Shown piece by piece: positions 28,963 to 38,285 of a stretch of 64,000 nucleotides of DNA. Each line of letters begins with the position of its first letter. Positions within the stretch are counted from its first letter, which is position 1. The translations under genes and the position numbers were made by a program. Origin of the DNA: Oceanispirochaeta sp. (lineage in GTDB: Bacteria > Spirochaetota > Spirochaetia > DSM-2461); contig CAXXXD010000003.1 in NCBI GenBank assembly GCA_963663385.2, forward strand, positions 256,001 through 320,000, read 5' to 3'. The notes below the pieces were generated by a model. That model was not told the origin of the DNA, did no database searches, and was given only the letters and a program-made list of their open reading frames with translations.

Positions 28963-30738
28963 TTACTCAGCTGCTGCATTTTCTCCGGCAATTTTACCGA
29001 ATACATTGATATCGGGAAGTGCATTTCCCCCAAGGCGGTTGGTACCGTGGATCCCGCCGGTAGTTTCTCCGGCTGCGTACAGACCGGGAATAACGTTTCC
29101 GTCTTTATCCAGGGCCTGGGCTTTTTCATTGATTCTGATACCGCCCATCGTGTGGTGTACCGTAGGCATTCTTGCTCCGGCGAAGTAGGGAGGTGTATCG
29201 ATTTTGTGCTGAAACAGGGTCCTGCCGAAAGCGTCGGGTCCTCCGTTTTCTACGGCAGTGTTGAATTCGTCTACAGCTGCCTTCAGGTTGGCGGGATCAA
29301 CGTTGATCTGGGCTGCCAGGTCTTCCAGGGTATCCGCCATAAACGCGCGATTCTGATCAACCAGTTCCTTAATGGACTCGTTAAAGTTGTTTTTCGTATC
29401 CATCGTCGGATAGTTGTGAGAATCCAGAACAATCCACATATAGGAATCTTCCTGTTCGAAAAGAGCTTTGGTCATAACATCGCGTCTTTCCCCTTCGTCA
29501 ACAAACCGGTTGCCGTCCTTGTTGACGAATATTCTGTTTTCTACACCCTGCTCAATATTTCCGGAGAGGCTTCCCGTGTCGGGGTCACCCATGGGCAGGA
29601 GCTGGATATACTCCATCCCGACAAGATCCGCGCCAATCTTTTCAGCCATTACAATACCGTCACCGGTAGCTCCCGGATGGTTGGTGGATTTGATGCTTTC
29701 ATCAAGGGTTCCCCATAGTTTGTCGTATTTCTGACGCATCTCAACATTGTTTCCAAATCCACCGGCAGCAATAATTACAGCCTTATGGCCCTGAGCAACA
29801 ACTGTTCCTTTTAAACCTTCGGCTTTTACAACACTGGCTCTTCCTTCTTCCAGGTAAATCTCAGTTGCCTTTGTATCTGTCAGAACAGTTATATCATCAT
29901 GAGAATTTATATAGTTCATATAGGTTTCGATAAAACCGGTTCCCAGAGGTTTCACAGGTTTGTGAGCACGGGGCCAGAGTCCTCCCAGAACGGTAAAGAT
30001 ATGATCTTTGAACTCCATTCCCATACCTTCCAGCCATTTGAGGGTGGGAAGGCCGTTTTCAACCAGGGTTCGGATCAGAACCGGATTTCCCATCTGATCA
30101 CCGCCGTTATAGGTCTGTTCATAATGCTTGTCAACAGAGTCTTCTACACCGAATTTTGCCTGGAATTCCGGGTCCGCACAGTTATAGGCCGCTCCGGAAA
30201 TTATGGTATTACCACCCACCTGGGGCATTTTTTCCAGTACGATGACAGAAGCGCCGTTCTGGTTGGCGGATACAGCGGCTGCCAGACCGGCTCCGCCGGC
30301 ACCTATCACAACAATATCCGCATTAAAGACTTCAGTTGCCGCCGAAACAGCATCAGCCTCTGTTTTTCCCTCCGAGAGGGCCGCTATGTCGGCTCCTGCC
30401 GCTGTCAGGGCTTCTGTAACAGCTCCGATAATAGCCCGGCTGGAGTAGGTTGCACCGGAAACCGTATCAACATTCAGAGTCTGACCTTCGATAATGGCTG
30501 CAGGGATTCTTTCGAATGCCACATCAGATACACCGGGTGTTTCATGGTTTTCAATGATTTTGATCTCTTTAATCTCTTTTTTGTCTACAGTAACTTCGAG
30601 AACAACATCCTCTCCATGGATACCGGGCGCTCCTCCCGTGTAGGTTCCAGGTTCGAAGACGGCTTTGCTGCCGCATCCGGAAATGAATACAGACAGTGCT
30701 GCAATCATGAGCATGGGTTTGAGTTTCTTCATGATCAT
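28963..30738 (-). CDS. Lipoprotein flavocytochrome c-type reductase (FMN_bind + FAD_binding_2; FccA/UrdA family)
   Basis: Lipobox FISGC; flavinylation motif DTVSGATYSS; IGAGGAG, GGNT, TGDG, HHTMGG, NRLGGNA. Confidence 0.9.
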   Translation of the reverse strand: MIMKKLKPMLMIAALSVFISGCGSKAVFEPGTYTGGAPGIHGEDVVLEVTVDKKEIKEIKIIENHETPGVSDVAFERIPAAIIEGQTLNVDTVSGATYSSRAIIGAVTEALTAAGADIAALSEGKTEADAVSAATEVFNADIVVIGAGGAGLAAAVSANQNGASVIVLEKMPQVGGNTIISGAAYNCADPEFQAKFGVEDSVDKHYEQTYNGGDQMGNPVLIRTLVENGLPTLKWLEGMGMEFKDHIFTVLGGLWPRAHKPVKPLGTGFIETYMNYINSHDDITVLTDTKATEIYLEEGRASVVKAEGLKGTVVAQGHKAVIIAAGGFGNNVEMRQKYDKLWGTLDESIKSTNHPGATGDGIVMAEKIGADLVGMEYIQLLPMGDPDTGSLSGNIEQGVENRIFVNKDGNRFVDEGERRDVMTKALFEQEDSYMWIVLDSHNYPTMDTKNNFNESIKELVDQNRAFMADTLEDLAAQINVDPANLKAAVDEFNTAVENGGPDAFGRTLFQHKIDTPPYFAGARMPTVHHTMGGIRINEKAQALDKDGNVIPGLYAAGETTGGIHGTNRLGGNALPDINVFGKIAGENAAAE

Positions 30739-30764
30739 TCCTTTCCTATTATTGAATAAAATTG

Positions 30765-30801
30765 TTTTACCGAATATATTCGCAGAATGTATTCGGTAAA
30801 A
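30765..30801. promoter_or_regulatory. 37-bp inverted repeat upstream of the reductase (candidate TetR operator)
   Basis: TTTTACCGAATATATTC-GCA-GAATGTATTCGGTAAAA (one mismatch). Confidence 0.6.
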
Positions 30802-30942
30802 ATTGAAATCAGTATACAGCCGGATAAAAGGAAAATCAATTAAATCGATAAAAAAATCCTGAATTTCTCAGGGGAACAGATTTGAACCCGATGAAAGACG
30901 TCAGGACAGGAAATGAAATTCGAAAAGGGAGGGAAACGGGGA

Positions 30943-31620
30943 ATGAATATTCTAATTGCAGAAAGTAACCCGATAGATGGCATTCTCAATAGTTATTATG
31001 CTGAGCAGCTATCCTTTGTGGATACCGTTCAGGTTGTTAAATCATTGGAGTCTGCCAGGGAGAAACTGGAAAAGGAAAATTTTGATCTGCTTCTTCTTGG
31101 AATGAACTTCCCTTCCGGTCATGGACTGGATTTTATGCAGCAGATCAGAAACCATGCTCTGTCTCCGGATATCATCGTTATTTCGGCAGATAGCAGTTTT
31201 GATACTGTAGAGAGGGCGTTTCAAACGGGGGCGGCAGACTACCTTGTGAAACCCTGTATATTCCAGAGGTTTCAGTTTTCACTTAATACAATACATACAC
31301 GTCTTGTCTCCCGTAAAAGTAAAAATATTCTGGATCAGGAGTCTCTGGATGCCCTGTTCGGGAAGCAGGATCTGCCAAAGCCTGTTTTCTTTGCAGAAAA
31401 TCTGGATAAGGGTTTAAGTTCTATTACCTACAGCAGGGTTTATAAAGAAGTCATGAAGTCAAAAGATGCCTTTACGGCCGGACACCTGGGGGACCAATTG
31501 GGTATTGCAAGAATTACTATCCGCCGGTATCTGGATTTTATGGAGAAACAGGGTTTTCTGAAAGTTGAACAGGTGTATGGAAAAGTCGGCCGGCCCCGGC
31601 ATTATTACCGGCTCAGGTGA
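30943..31620 (+). CDS. CitB/DcuR/MalR-like response regulator with degenerate receiver
   Basis: DYLVKP..F.RF, QESLD, KGLS..T, GIARITIRRYL, YGKVGRP; phospho-Asp position reads G (LLLLGMNFP). Confidence 0.8.
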   Translation: MNILIAESNPIDGILNSYYAEQLSFVDTVQVVKSLESAREKLEKENFDLLLLGMNFPSGHGLDFMQQIRNHALSPDIIVISADSSFDTVERAFQTGAADYLVKPCIFQRFQFSLNTIHTRLVSRKSKNILDQESLDALFGKQDLPKPVFFAENLDKGLSSITYSRVYKEVMKSKDAFTAGHLGDQLGIARITIRRYLDFMEKQGFLKVEQVYGKVGRPRHYYRLR

Positions 31621-31669
31621 GACATAATTTAAAATCCGCTTATGTGTCTGGATAGATTATGAGGATGTT

Positions 31670-33460
31670 GAGACTGTAGAAAAAGTCACCTTTTCTACAG
31701 CTCTCAGCCAAAACATGGTAAAATTCTATAAAAGTGAGGTTTTCAATAATGGCCAGATATAAAGAGTATTCTTATACCCAGACAATGATGATCCCCGTAA
31801 GCTTTAAAAAACAGATTTTACCTGGAACATTCGAATATACATTATGCCATCTGATAGACAATCAAATTGATATGTCAGTTTTTGAAAACCACTACGAAAA
31901 TGATGAAACCGGAGCTCCCGCCTACGACCCTGCCATCCTCTTAAAAATAGTTCTTTACGCCTATTCAAAAGGCATAAACAGCAGCAGAAAAATTGAACAG
32001 TTATGCCGGGAGAATATCGTCTGTATGGCACTGGCTGCCGATTCCAGACCCCACTTTACAACCATTGCCGATTTTATCTCTTCCCGTCATAAAGAGTGCC
32101 AATCCCTCTTTACCATGATACTCTCTGTTTGCTACTCCCAGGGGCTGATCGGCAAAAACATGTTTGCCATTGACGGCTGCAAGATCTCCTCAAACTGTTC
32201 AAAGGAATGGAGCGGAACCAAAGCGGAACTATTTGCCAAAACAAAGAAAATAGAGAAATCCGTAAACTATCTGATTGAGAAACACAAAAGCACGGATGCC
32301 AGTTGGGATGATAAGAATCAGCGGAAAAAAGAAAAGCAGGCCATCAAAAAGTTAAAGGCTAAAACAGATAAAATCTACAAATGGCTGGATACCCATTATG
32401 ACCGGTTCGGCAGTCAGGATCAGCCCATTAAAAGCAATATTGTAGATAACGAAAGCGCCAAAATGTCTACCGGACACGGTGTTATACAGGGTTACAACGG
32501 CATTGCCGCCGTAGATGACAAACATCAGCTGATCATATTTGCCGACACCTACGGCGATGCAAACGAATCAGGACACCTAACAGAGATACTTGAGGGGATT
32601 GATAAGAGCTGCAAAGAATCTCACATAGATGACCACATCTATAATAATGTCACCATAACTGCTGATACAGGATTCCATAATAAAAAGAACATGCAGATGA
32701 TCAGCGAGAAAAAAATTGATGCCTATATCCCGGACAATCAGTTCAGAAAAAGGCACGTAGCCTTTCAGGATGCCGGCAGATACAAAAAGAAAGTCGCCAA
32801 CTGGAAACCGGAAAAAGGAAAACACTATTTTAGTCCGGAAGACTTTTATATGGATACGGCAACCAACCAGCTTATCTGCCCTGCCGGTCATGCCATGTGG
32901 CTGAAATCCCCCAACTTCAGAAGCAATGACGGTCGGTATACCGGAAAGTCCTATCAAGGGCATATACGCAATTGTCGTGACTGTAAACTTCGTTCAAAAT
33001 GTATAAGAAAGGAAACGACAAAGGCCCGTCAGGTTGCCATACTGAAGGAAGTGCCGGATGGAAAAGGGAGCAATCCCGTGGCCGATATGAAGGAGAAAAT
33101 TGATACGCCCTATGGACGATCAGTTTATGCAAAACGGATGAGTACGGTAGAACCTGTATTCGGACATATTGCCGGAATGAAAAAGCTGAATCGCTTTACT
33201 TTACGGGGTACGGAAAAGGTCCGGACACAGTGGTTGTTGTACTGTATGGTGCATAATATCGGGAAAATCCAGCAGTATAGTGCGTAGGAATACGGAAAAG
33301 TGCTAAAGAATGGGTATAGCGTTGGATAAAACCAATTGTAGTTGAATATAGCCGGTTTTAATCGGATTGAATATTGAAATTAATGAGATGAATGATTTTT
33401 AGGAATGAGTGCTTTCAGGGGAGCCTTGAAAATACCCAGTTTGAGTTTTTCTACAGTCTC
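31670..33460 (+). mobile_element. IS1182 family insertion sequence, apparently intact
   Basis: Terminal IRs GAGACTGTAGAAAAAGTCA / GAGACTGTAGAAAAACTCA (18/19); GTT on both flanks. Confidence 0.9.
31749..33287 (+). CDS. IS1182 family DDE transposase
   Basis: GAPAYDP..LLKIVLYAY..SSRKIE, PHFTTIADF, IDGCK, GYN, ADTGF, CPAG, R..TVEPVFG. Confidence 0.93.
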   Translation: MARYKEYSYTQTMMIPVSFKKQILPGTFEYTLCHLIDNQIDMSVFENHYENDETGAPAYDPAILLKIVLYAYSKGINSSRKIEQLCRENIVCMALAADSRPHFTTIADFISSRHKECQSLFTMILSVCYSQGLIGKNMFAIDGCKISSNCSKEWSGTKAELFAKTKKIEKSVNYLIEKHKSTDASWDDKNQRKKEKQAIKKLKAKTDKIYKWLDTHYDRFGSQDQPIKSNIVDNESAKMSTGHGVIQGYNGIAAVDDKHQLIIFADTYGDANESGHLTEILEGIDKSCKESHIDDHIYNNVTITADTGFHNKKNMQMISEKKIDAYIPDNQFRKRHVAFQDAGRYKKKVANWKPEKGKHYFSPEDFYMDTATNQLICPAGHAMWLKSPNFRSNDGRYTGKSYQGHIRNCRDCKLRSKCIRKETTKARQVAILKEVPDGKGSNPVADMKEKIDTPYGRSVYAKRMSTVEPVFGHIAGMKKLNRFTLRGTEKVRTQWLLYCMVHNIGKIQQYSA

Positions 33461-34015
33461 GTTATTACAGGAAGGCCCGAACACTTGAAAACAATGGATT
33501 TTATTATGGAGTATGACGGAACTGTTTTTTGAAAAGAATACGACAATTCCTGAAAGCGATAATGAATATATAATAAAACTGACATTTTTCAGATAATAAA
33601 AAAACAGCCAGTAAAATTCGGAAGTGTTTTATGTCCTGACTGGATATCAATCGGTTTGTAAGGGGTAATTTATATCAGTAAACAAAGTTTACTTTTTGTT
33701 GTTTTAAGCTTTTATGTATAGTCATTTTTTTTATTGACAAAGGTATTTGAGCTTGTAAGTATTACTACGATAAAGCCCATTTATAAAACCGATGGTTTTT
33801 CGTTACTCTTGAAGTATTTTTCTATTTGGTTTGCGGAACTTTCAGCTTAATCTCATTTGATAATTTAGCCGGAGGATAATATTCCTCGGATTTCTGGTTC
33901 TTAGAAATGTTATGTTTCAGTATTTCTTAGTGTTTATTTATTCATTGACTAAAATCAAATGATCATTATTATGTTTTAACTAGGACATAATCTTTCTGAA
34001 AGACTAGGAGACATC

Positions 34016-34825
34016 ATGCTTGTATTATTTCTATTTCTTAGCTTTTTATTTACAAGTTGTAGATCACTTTATCTTCCCGCTTTCTACAGTAGTGATGATG
34101 TTTATACACCAATTGAGATTAAGGAAAATGAAAAAAAAAGTAATACTGTATCAATTACTGTCGAGGCAGATTCTCGTAGTTCGTCATCTTTATTTTTACT
34201 GACACGGTTTCCTGTTCATCTTGATACATATCAATTTGCATTTAATATTGGTATGCAGAGAAGGTTGGGGGAAATAATCTATATAAATAATATATTATCC
34301 CCCTCATTACTTGGCGGAATTGCCGAAGTTAAAGAAGATTCTGAAAATCAGCACTATTATAGTTTTGGCGGAGCAATGCAATTACAATCCAGTATATCTA
34401 TATATCCAAAGAATTGGGGTATTACCAGCGGCTTTGCATATACAGTTTCTTATGAAGCATTAGGAGATTATAGAGAGTATAGGAAAGAAATAGAGTCAGA
34501 AGACTTTTTTCTTGAAAGTTATAACAATCTGGGAGAAACAGGCTTGTGTTCGAATATGAATATTTTTATAGATGTAACAGATTGGAGTCATCCAGAAAAA
34601 CTGGCAATGTTTACCAGAGTCGCGATAGGATCCGCTATGTATGACAGCTATCTTCCATTTGCACTTCATGACGAAGAATATGTAAGCGGAGATGAACCCT
34701 ATCGATTTTACCTTATACCTTATTCGGCTATATATTGTGGAGTGCATAAAAAGAATTTCTATTATATAAAGATAAAGATTGATGAAATGCAAGCAACCAC
34801 TTTATCCATCGGATGTAATTTCTAA
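34016..34825 (+). CDS. AT-rich hypothetical lipoprotein/outer-membrane protein
   Basis: AGGAG RBS, lipobox-like LFTSC, beta-strand-rich, C-terminal Phe; no family recognised. Confidence 0.6.
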   Translation: MLVLFLFLSFLFTSCRSLYLPAFYSSDDVYTPIEIKENEKKSNTVSITVEADSRSSSSLFLLTRFPVHLDTYQFAFNIGMQRRLGEIIYINNILSPSLLGGIAEVKEDSENQHYYSFGGAMQLQSSISIYPKNWGITSGFAYTVSYEALGDYREYRKEIESEDFFLESYNNLGETGLCSNMNIFIDVTDWSHPEKLAMFTRVAIGSAMYDSYLPFALHDEEYVSGDEPYRFYLIPYSAIYCGVHKKNFYYIKIKIDEMQATTLSIGCNF

Positions 34826-34858
34826 ACTATTATATTCTGTATCAAAGATTAAAATGCT

Positions 34859-34886
34859 TCTTCTGATAACAACTGTTATGTTATAC
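34859..34886 (+). other. dif-like (XerC/XerD) recombination site candidate
   Basis: TCTTCTGATAA-CAACTG-TTATGTTATAC: 11-6-11 layout, right arm 9/11 to TTATGTTAAAT. Confidence 0.4.
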
Positions 34887-35046
34887 TACTAAATCTATAC
34901 TAGGGAAACGATTATTTTTTGGAATTTACTCAGTACCTGTTTGTAGAGTAAACCGGGATATCAGGAGATTTCGTATAAAATGTCGTAAGCGGTAATTCTC
35001 TCCATCTTGCGTGATTTCGAAATGATTATATACTCCATGAAAAATC

Positions 35047-35343
35047 ATGGAGGAACCTAATATGACCAACTGGAATTGGCCTGAATTAATCGAAGAACAA
35101 AAACAGAGCGGGAAAACAATTTCTGAGTTCTGCGCAGATAAAGGAGTTCACTATACATCTTTCTACAAGAATCGAAAAAAATTAAAGAAAAGCAGTTTTA
35201 TTGAAATCAAACAGAAAGCCCCGGTATTACAGCCACAAAACCCCACAATGATACTCAGATACAAGGATTTCTCATTGGATCTGGCATCAGGTTATAACAG
35301 GCAATCCCTGATAGATCTTCTGAAGATTCTGAGAGAGTTGTAA
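35047..35343 (+). CDS. tnpA: IS66 accessory protein TnpA
   Basis: W..LIEEQKQSGKTISEFC...FY..RKKL HTH. Confidence 0.85.
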   Translation: MEEPNMTNWNWPELIEEQKQSGKTISEFCADKGVHYTSFYKNRKKLKKSSFIEIKQKAPVLQPQNPTMILRYKDFSLDLASGYNRQSLIDLLKILREL

Positions 35344-35687
35344 TGTTTGTTGACCTGAACGAATACCGGATCTTTCTGAGACCCGGCACGACAGACTTAA
35401 GAAAAGCGATCAACGGATTATCTCTGTTTATCCAGAATGAAATGAATCATGATTTATTCGCCAAATCGCTATTCCTCTTTTGTAACCGGCAGAGAAAACT
35501 TCTGAAAATTGTCTACTGGGATAATACCGGTTTTTGTCTCTGGCAGAAGAGACTGGAAGAGAACAGATATCCCTGGCCGGAAACAGATGAAGATGCTAAA
35601 GAGATCAGCATGGATGAATTGAAAATGCTCCTGACGGGAATAGACTTTTTCAAAGCGCATAAAAAATTATCATATTCCCGTATTTAG
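35343..35687 (+). CDS. tnpB: IS66 accessory protein TnpB
   Basis: TDLRKAINGL, LFLFCNR, WDNTGFCLWQKRLE. Confidence 0.93.
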   Translation: MFVDLNEYRIFLRPGTTDLRKAINGLSLFIQNEMNHDLFAKSLFLFCNRQRKLLKIVYWDNTGFCLWQKRLEENRYPWPETDEDAKEISMDELKMLLTGIDFFKAHKKLSYSRI

Positions 35688-35726
35688 AGATTTTATAATT
35701 ATAGAAACTTTGATAGAATTCCCCGT

Positions 35727-37289
35727 ATGGAGAATGAAGAACAGCATTTAAGAGAACAACTTGATGCACAAAAAATAGAAATTGCTGAACTGAAAAGACT
35801 TAATGCCATTCTCCAGGAGCAAGTAGCAAAACTGAACCTCCTGCACTTTGGAACAAAATCAGAGAAGATAACTGCCGAAGATAAGAAACAAGCTTCTCTC
35901 TTCAATGAAGCGGAAGATAGTGCTTTTGCTCAGAATGATGAAGAGCAGGAGAAAAATGTTATTGAAACGGTTGAGGTCGGTTCCTACAAGAAAAATATTA
36001 AAAAATCCGGCCGGAAACCTCTGCCGGCAGATCTGCCGAGAGAGATCGTGGAATATGATATTCCGGATAAAGATAAGATCTGTGCCTGCGGAACAGAAAA
36101 GACCTGTATCGGTGAAGATGTTTCCGAGAGAGCAAAAATTATTCCGTCAAAAGTCGTTGTTATTCAGGAACGTAGAAAAAAGTACTCCTGCAAGAATTGT
36201 GAAGGGACGACTCTTGATGAAGCTGCTGTACAGACCGCAGAAGGAGCAAAGCATCTGGTCGCGGGCAGTATTGCCGATGAAAGCCTGCTCGCTTGGAGTA
36301 TAAGCGAAAAGTTTGAGTTCGCTCTTCCTTTCTACAGGCAATCAAAACGGTTAAACCAGATAGGCATACCGATCCCCCGGGCGACATTGAGCAATCTTAC
36401 GATAAAATCGGCAACGGCATGTAAGCCTCTATATGATTTGCTGAAAGAAAACATTAAATCCGGTTCCATTATTAATGCCGATGAGACGAGAGTTCAGGTT
36501 CTAAAGGAACCGAAACGAAAAGCTTCAGATAAATCATGGATGTGGGTCTTTCTCAGAGGAGATCCCGATAAAAAATGTGTCATATTTCAGTATGAGCAAG
36601 GCCGATCCCATGCAATTCCGTTGGATTTCTTGGAAAATTACTCTGGCTGGGTTCAAACTGATGATTTTGAGGCCTACCATACTGCCCGAAAAAAAGTTGA
36701 TGGAGATATAAAGCATGTCTTATGCTGGGCCCATGCCAGAAGAAAGTTCTTCCAATATTGGGAATCAACCAAGAAAAAAGATGCAGAAGCAAAGCAAATT
36801 CTCGACCTGATAAAGGATCTGTTTGAACTGGAATCATTACGGGATAATTATTCGCTAAAAGGGTTTCATAAACAGCGACAAAATAGAGCAGAACCGATAC
36901 TAGATAAGTTACAGAAAAAACTGACGAAGCTTTATCCTCAAGTACCTCCTTCTTTAGAGTTCGGTAAGGCGATGAAGTATACATTGAGCAACTGGGAGCA
37001 GTTGGTTCTATATCTGAAAAATCCTGTTTTGACTCCTTCGAACAATAGCGCTGAAAATGCAATCAGACCCTTCGTAATCGGGAGAAAAAACTGGCTTTTT
37101 GCCGGAAGCCCGAAAGGTGCTGAATCATCGGCAATTCTGTACAGTCTCGTTGAATCTGCGAAGATGAACAATCTTCCAGTTTATGCTTACTTGTACTTTA
37201 TCTTCCGGGAATTGCCCTGCTGTGAAAAACAGAGTGATTATGAAAAATTACTTCCCTATAACTTAACTGCTGAAGATATTGCAATCTGA
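35727..37289 (+). CDS. tnpC: IS66 transposase TnpC
   Basis: FGTKSEK, zinc finger, LPFYRQ, ADET, CWAHARRKF, NNSAENAIRP..GRKNWLF. Confidence 0.95.
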   Translation: MENEEQHLREQLDAQKIEIAELKRLNAILQEQVAKLNLLHFGTKSEKITAEDKKQASLFNEAEDSAFAQNDEEQEKNVIETVEVGSYKKNIKKSGRKPLPADLPREIVEYDIPDKDKICACGTEKTCIGEDVSERAKIIPSKVVVIQERRKKYSCKNCEGTTLDEAAVQTAEGAKHLVAGSIADESLLAWSISEKFEFALPFYRQSKRLNQIGIPIPRATLSNLTIKSATACKPLYDLLKENIKSGSIINADETRVQVLKEPKRKASDKSWMWVFLRGDPDKKCVIFQYEQGRSHAIPLDFLENYSGWVQTDDFEAYHTARKKVDGDIKHVLCWAHARRKFFQYWESTKKKDAEAKQILDLIKDLFELESLRDNYSLKGFHKQRQNRAEPILDKLQKKLTKLYPQVPPSLEFGKAMKYTLSNWEQLVLYLKNPVLTPSNNSAENAIRPFVIGRKNWLFAGSPKGAESSAILYSLVESAKMNNLPVYAYLYFIFRELPCCEKQSDYEKLLPYNLTAEDIAI

Positions 37290-37433
37290 TCCATCAGTCC
37301 TAAAATGCTGTCAATGTGGGAAGAATTACCGCTTACAAAATGTCCCGGATAATCCTTTGTACGAAGTGTGTAAAATACAGATGTAAAAAGATGATATTAT
37401 ATAAACGCTTACTTTGAAGTGGAGATAATAAAT

Positions 37434-38213
37434 ATGCAGGTCATAAGCCTTTCTGTAATTATTGATACTGTAGAAGATAATGAGATTGAGATCATTGCCG
37501 TAAATGATACTGATCATGTCCGGTTTTCCTATCTCCCCGACAGCAGGACAATTCAATTCGATCAGAAGAATTCCGTTTCGAATGTTCTTGAAAAGAATCA
37601 ATTGCAGTTTAACAAAGTGATTCAATCCACTCTTAAGAGAAGGGTCACTCCCGGTCAGAGAATCGATTGCGTTTTTATTGAGGGATTTCAGTTTTTAAAG
37701 GATACCGATTTCAAGAACTATATTATGATGGACAGGCGCCGGGGACAGCTGGATATCTCTGTAGGCGACAAGGAAATCGGTTCCATCAGCAGGATTTATG
37801 CTGACGGGTCATTTCGTGAAGGCACGGGGCTGTCCGGGTATGGAGGATTTATTGAAGATCCCCGGGGAAACCGGGAGTTTTTCTCCTTTTCGTGCAGAGG
37901 CGGGAGCAGCAATCTTATGGAACTGCTGGCAGTAACGGAGGGCCTGGAGAAACTGAAGGAAACCGAAAAAATTCAGATCAATTCGGACAGCCGCTTCGTT
38001 ATCAGGGGGCTGATTCAATGGGTTCACTTCTGGAAGCATAATAACTGGCAGACCGCCTACGGTAGCAAGGTGAAATTTGAAAAGCAGTGGCAGCAGCTGG
38101 ATCGGCTCTGTGAGGGAAAGCTGCTGGAGTTTCACTGGATAAAAGGGCACTCGGGGCATGAGAAGCAGGAGCTTTCGCATAGATTGGCTCAGCTGGGAAA
38201 TCATCTTCTTTAA
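37434..38213 (+). CDS. Ribonuclease HI domain protein with uncharacterised N-terminal domain
   Basis: YADGS, NLMELLAV, NSDSRFV, WK.NNW, WIKGHSG in the C-terminal half. Confidence 0.82.
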   Translation: MQVISLSVIIDTVEDNEIEIIAVNDTDHVRFSYLPDSRTIQFDQKNSVSNVLEKNQLQFNKVIQSTLKRRVTPGQRIDCVFIEGFQFLKDTDFKNYIMMDRRRGQLDISVGDKEIGSISRIYADGSFREGTGLSGYGGFIEDPRGNREFFSFSCRGGSSNLMELLAVTEGLEKLKETEKIQINSDSRFVIRGLIQWVHFWKHNNWQTAYGSKVKFEKQWQQLDRLCEGKLLEFHWIKGHSGHEKQELSHRLAQLGNHLL

Positions 38214-38285
38214 TGCATCGGTTTTGTATATCCTGAATTCTTAATCTCCTTGTCAAAAATCACCCTCTCCCCTTATGATTACCCC

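Larger units (their letters stand above)
34985..37336 (+). mobile_element. IS66 family insertion sequence, apparently intact
   Basis: Terminal IRs GTAAGCGGTAATTCT / AGAATTACCGCTTAC; 8-bp target duplication AAAATGTC (34977-34984, 37337-37344); tnpA-B-C. Confidence 0.95.

Noticed and set aside
31628..33596. Gene interrupted by IS1182 (FKIRLCVWIDYEDV|ITGRPEHLKTMDFIMEYDGTVF...)
   Set aside because: The joined frame is short, lacks a start, needs a frameshift and matches no family I recognise.
31670..37336. Composite transposon carrying the orphan lipoprotein
   Set aside because: The flanking IS belong to different families and each has its own target duplication, so they are independent insertions.
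34968..37364. lox/res-like site at the IS66 target (TTCGTATAAA...TTTGTACGAA after removing the IS)
   Set aside because: The 16-bp spacer does not fit lox or dif geometry, there is no XerD-like arm and no recombinase gene nearby.
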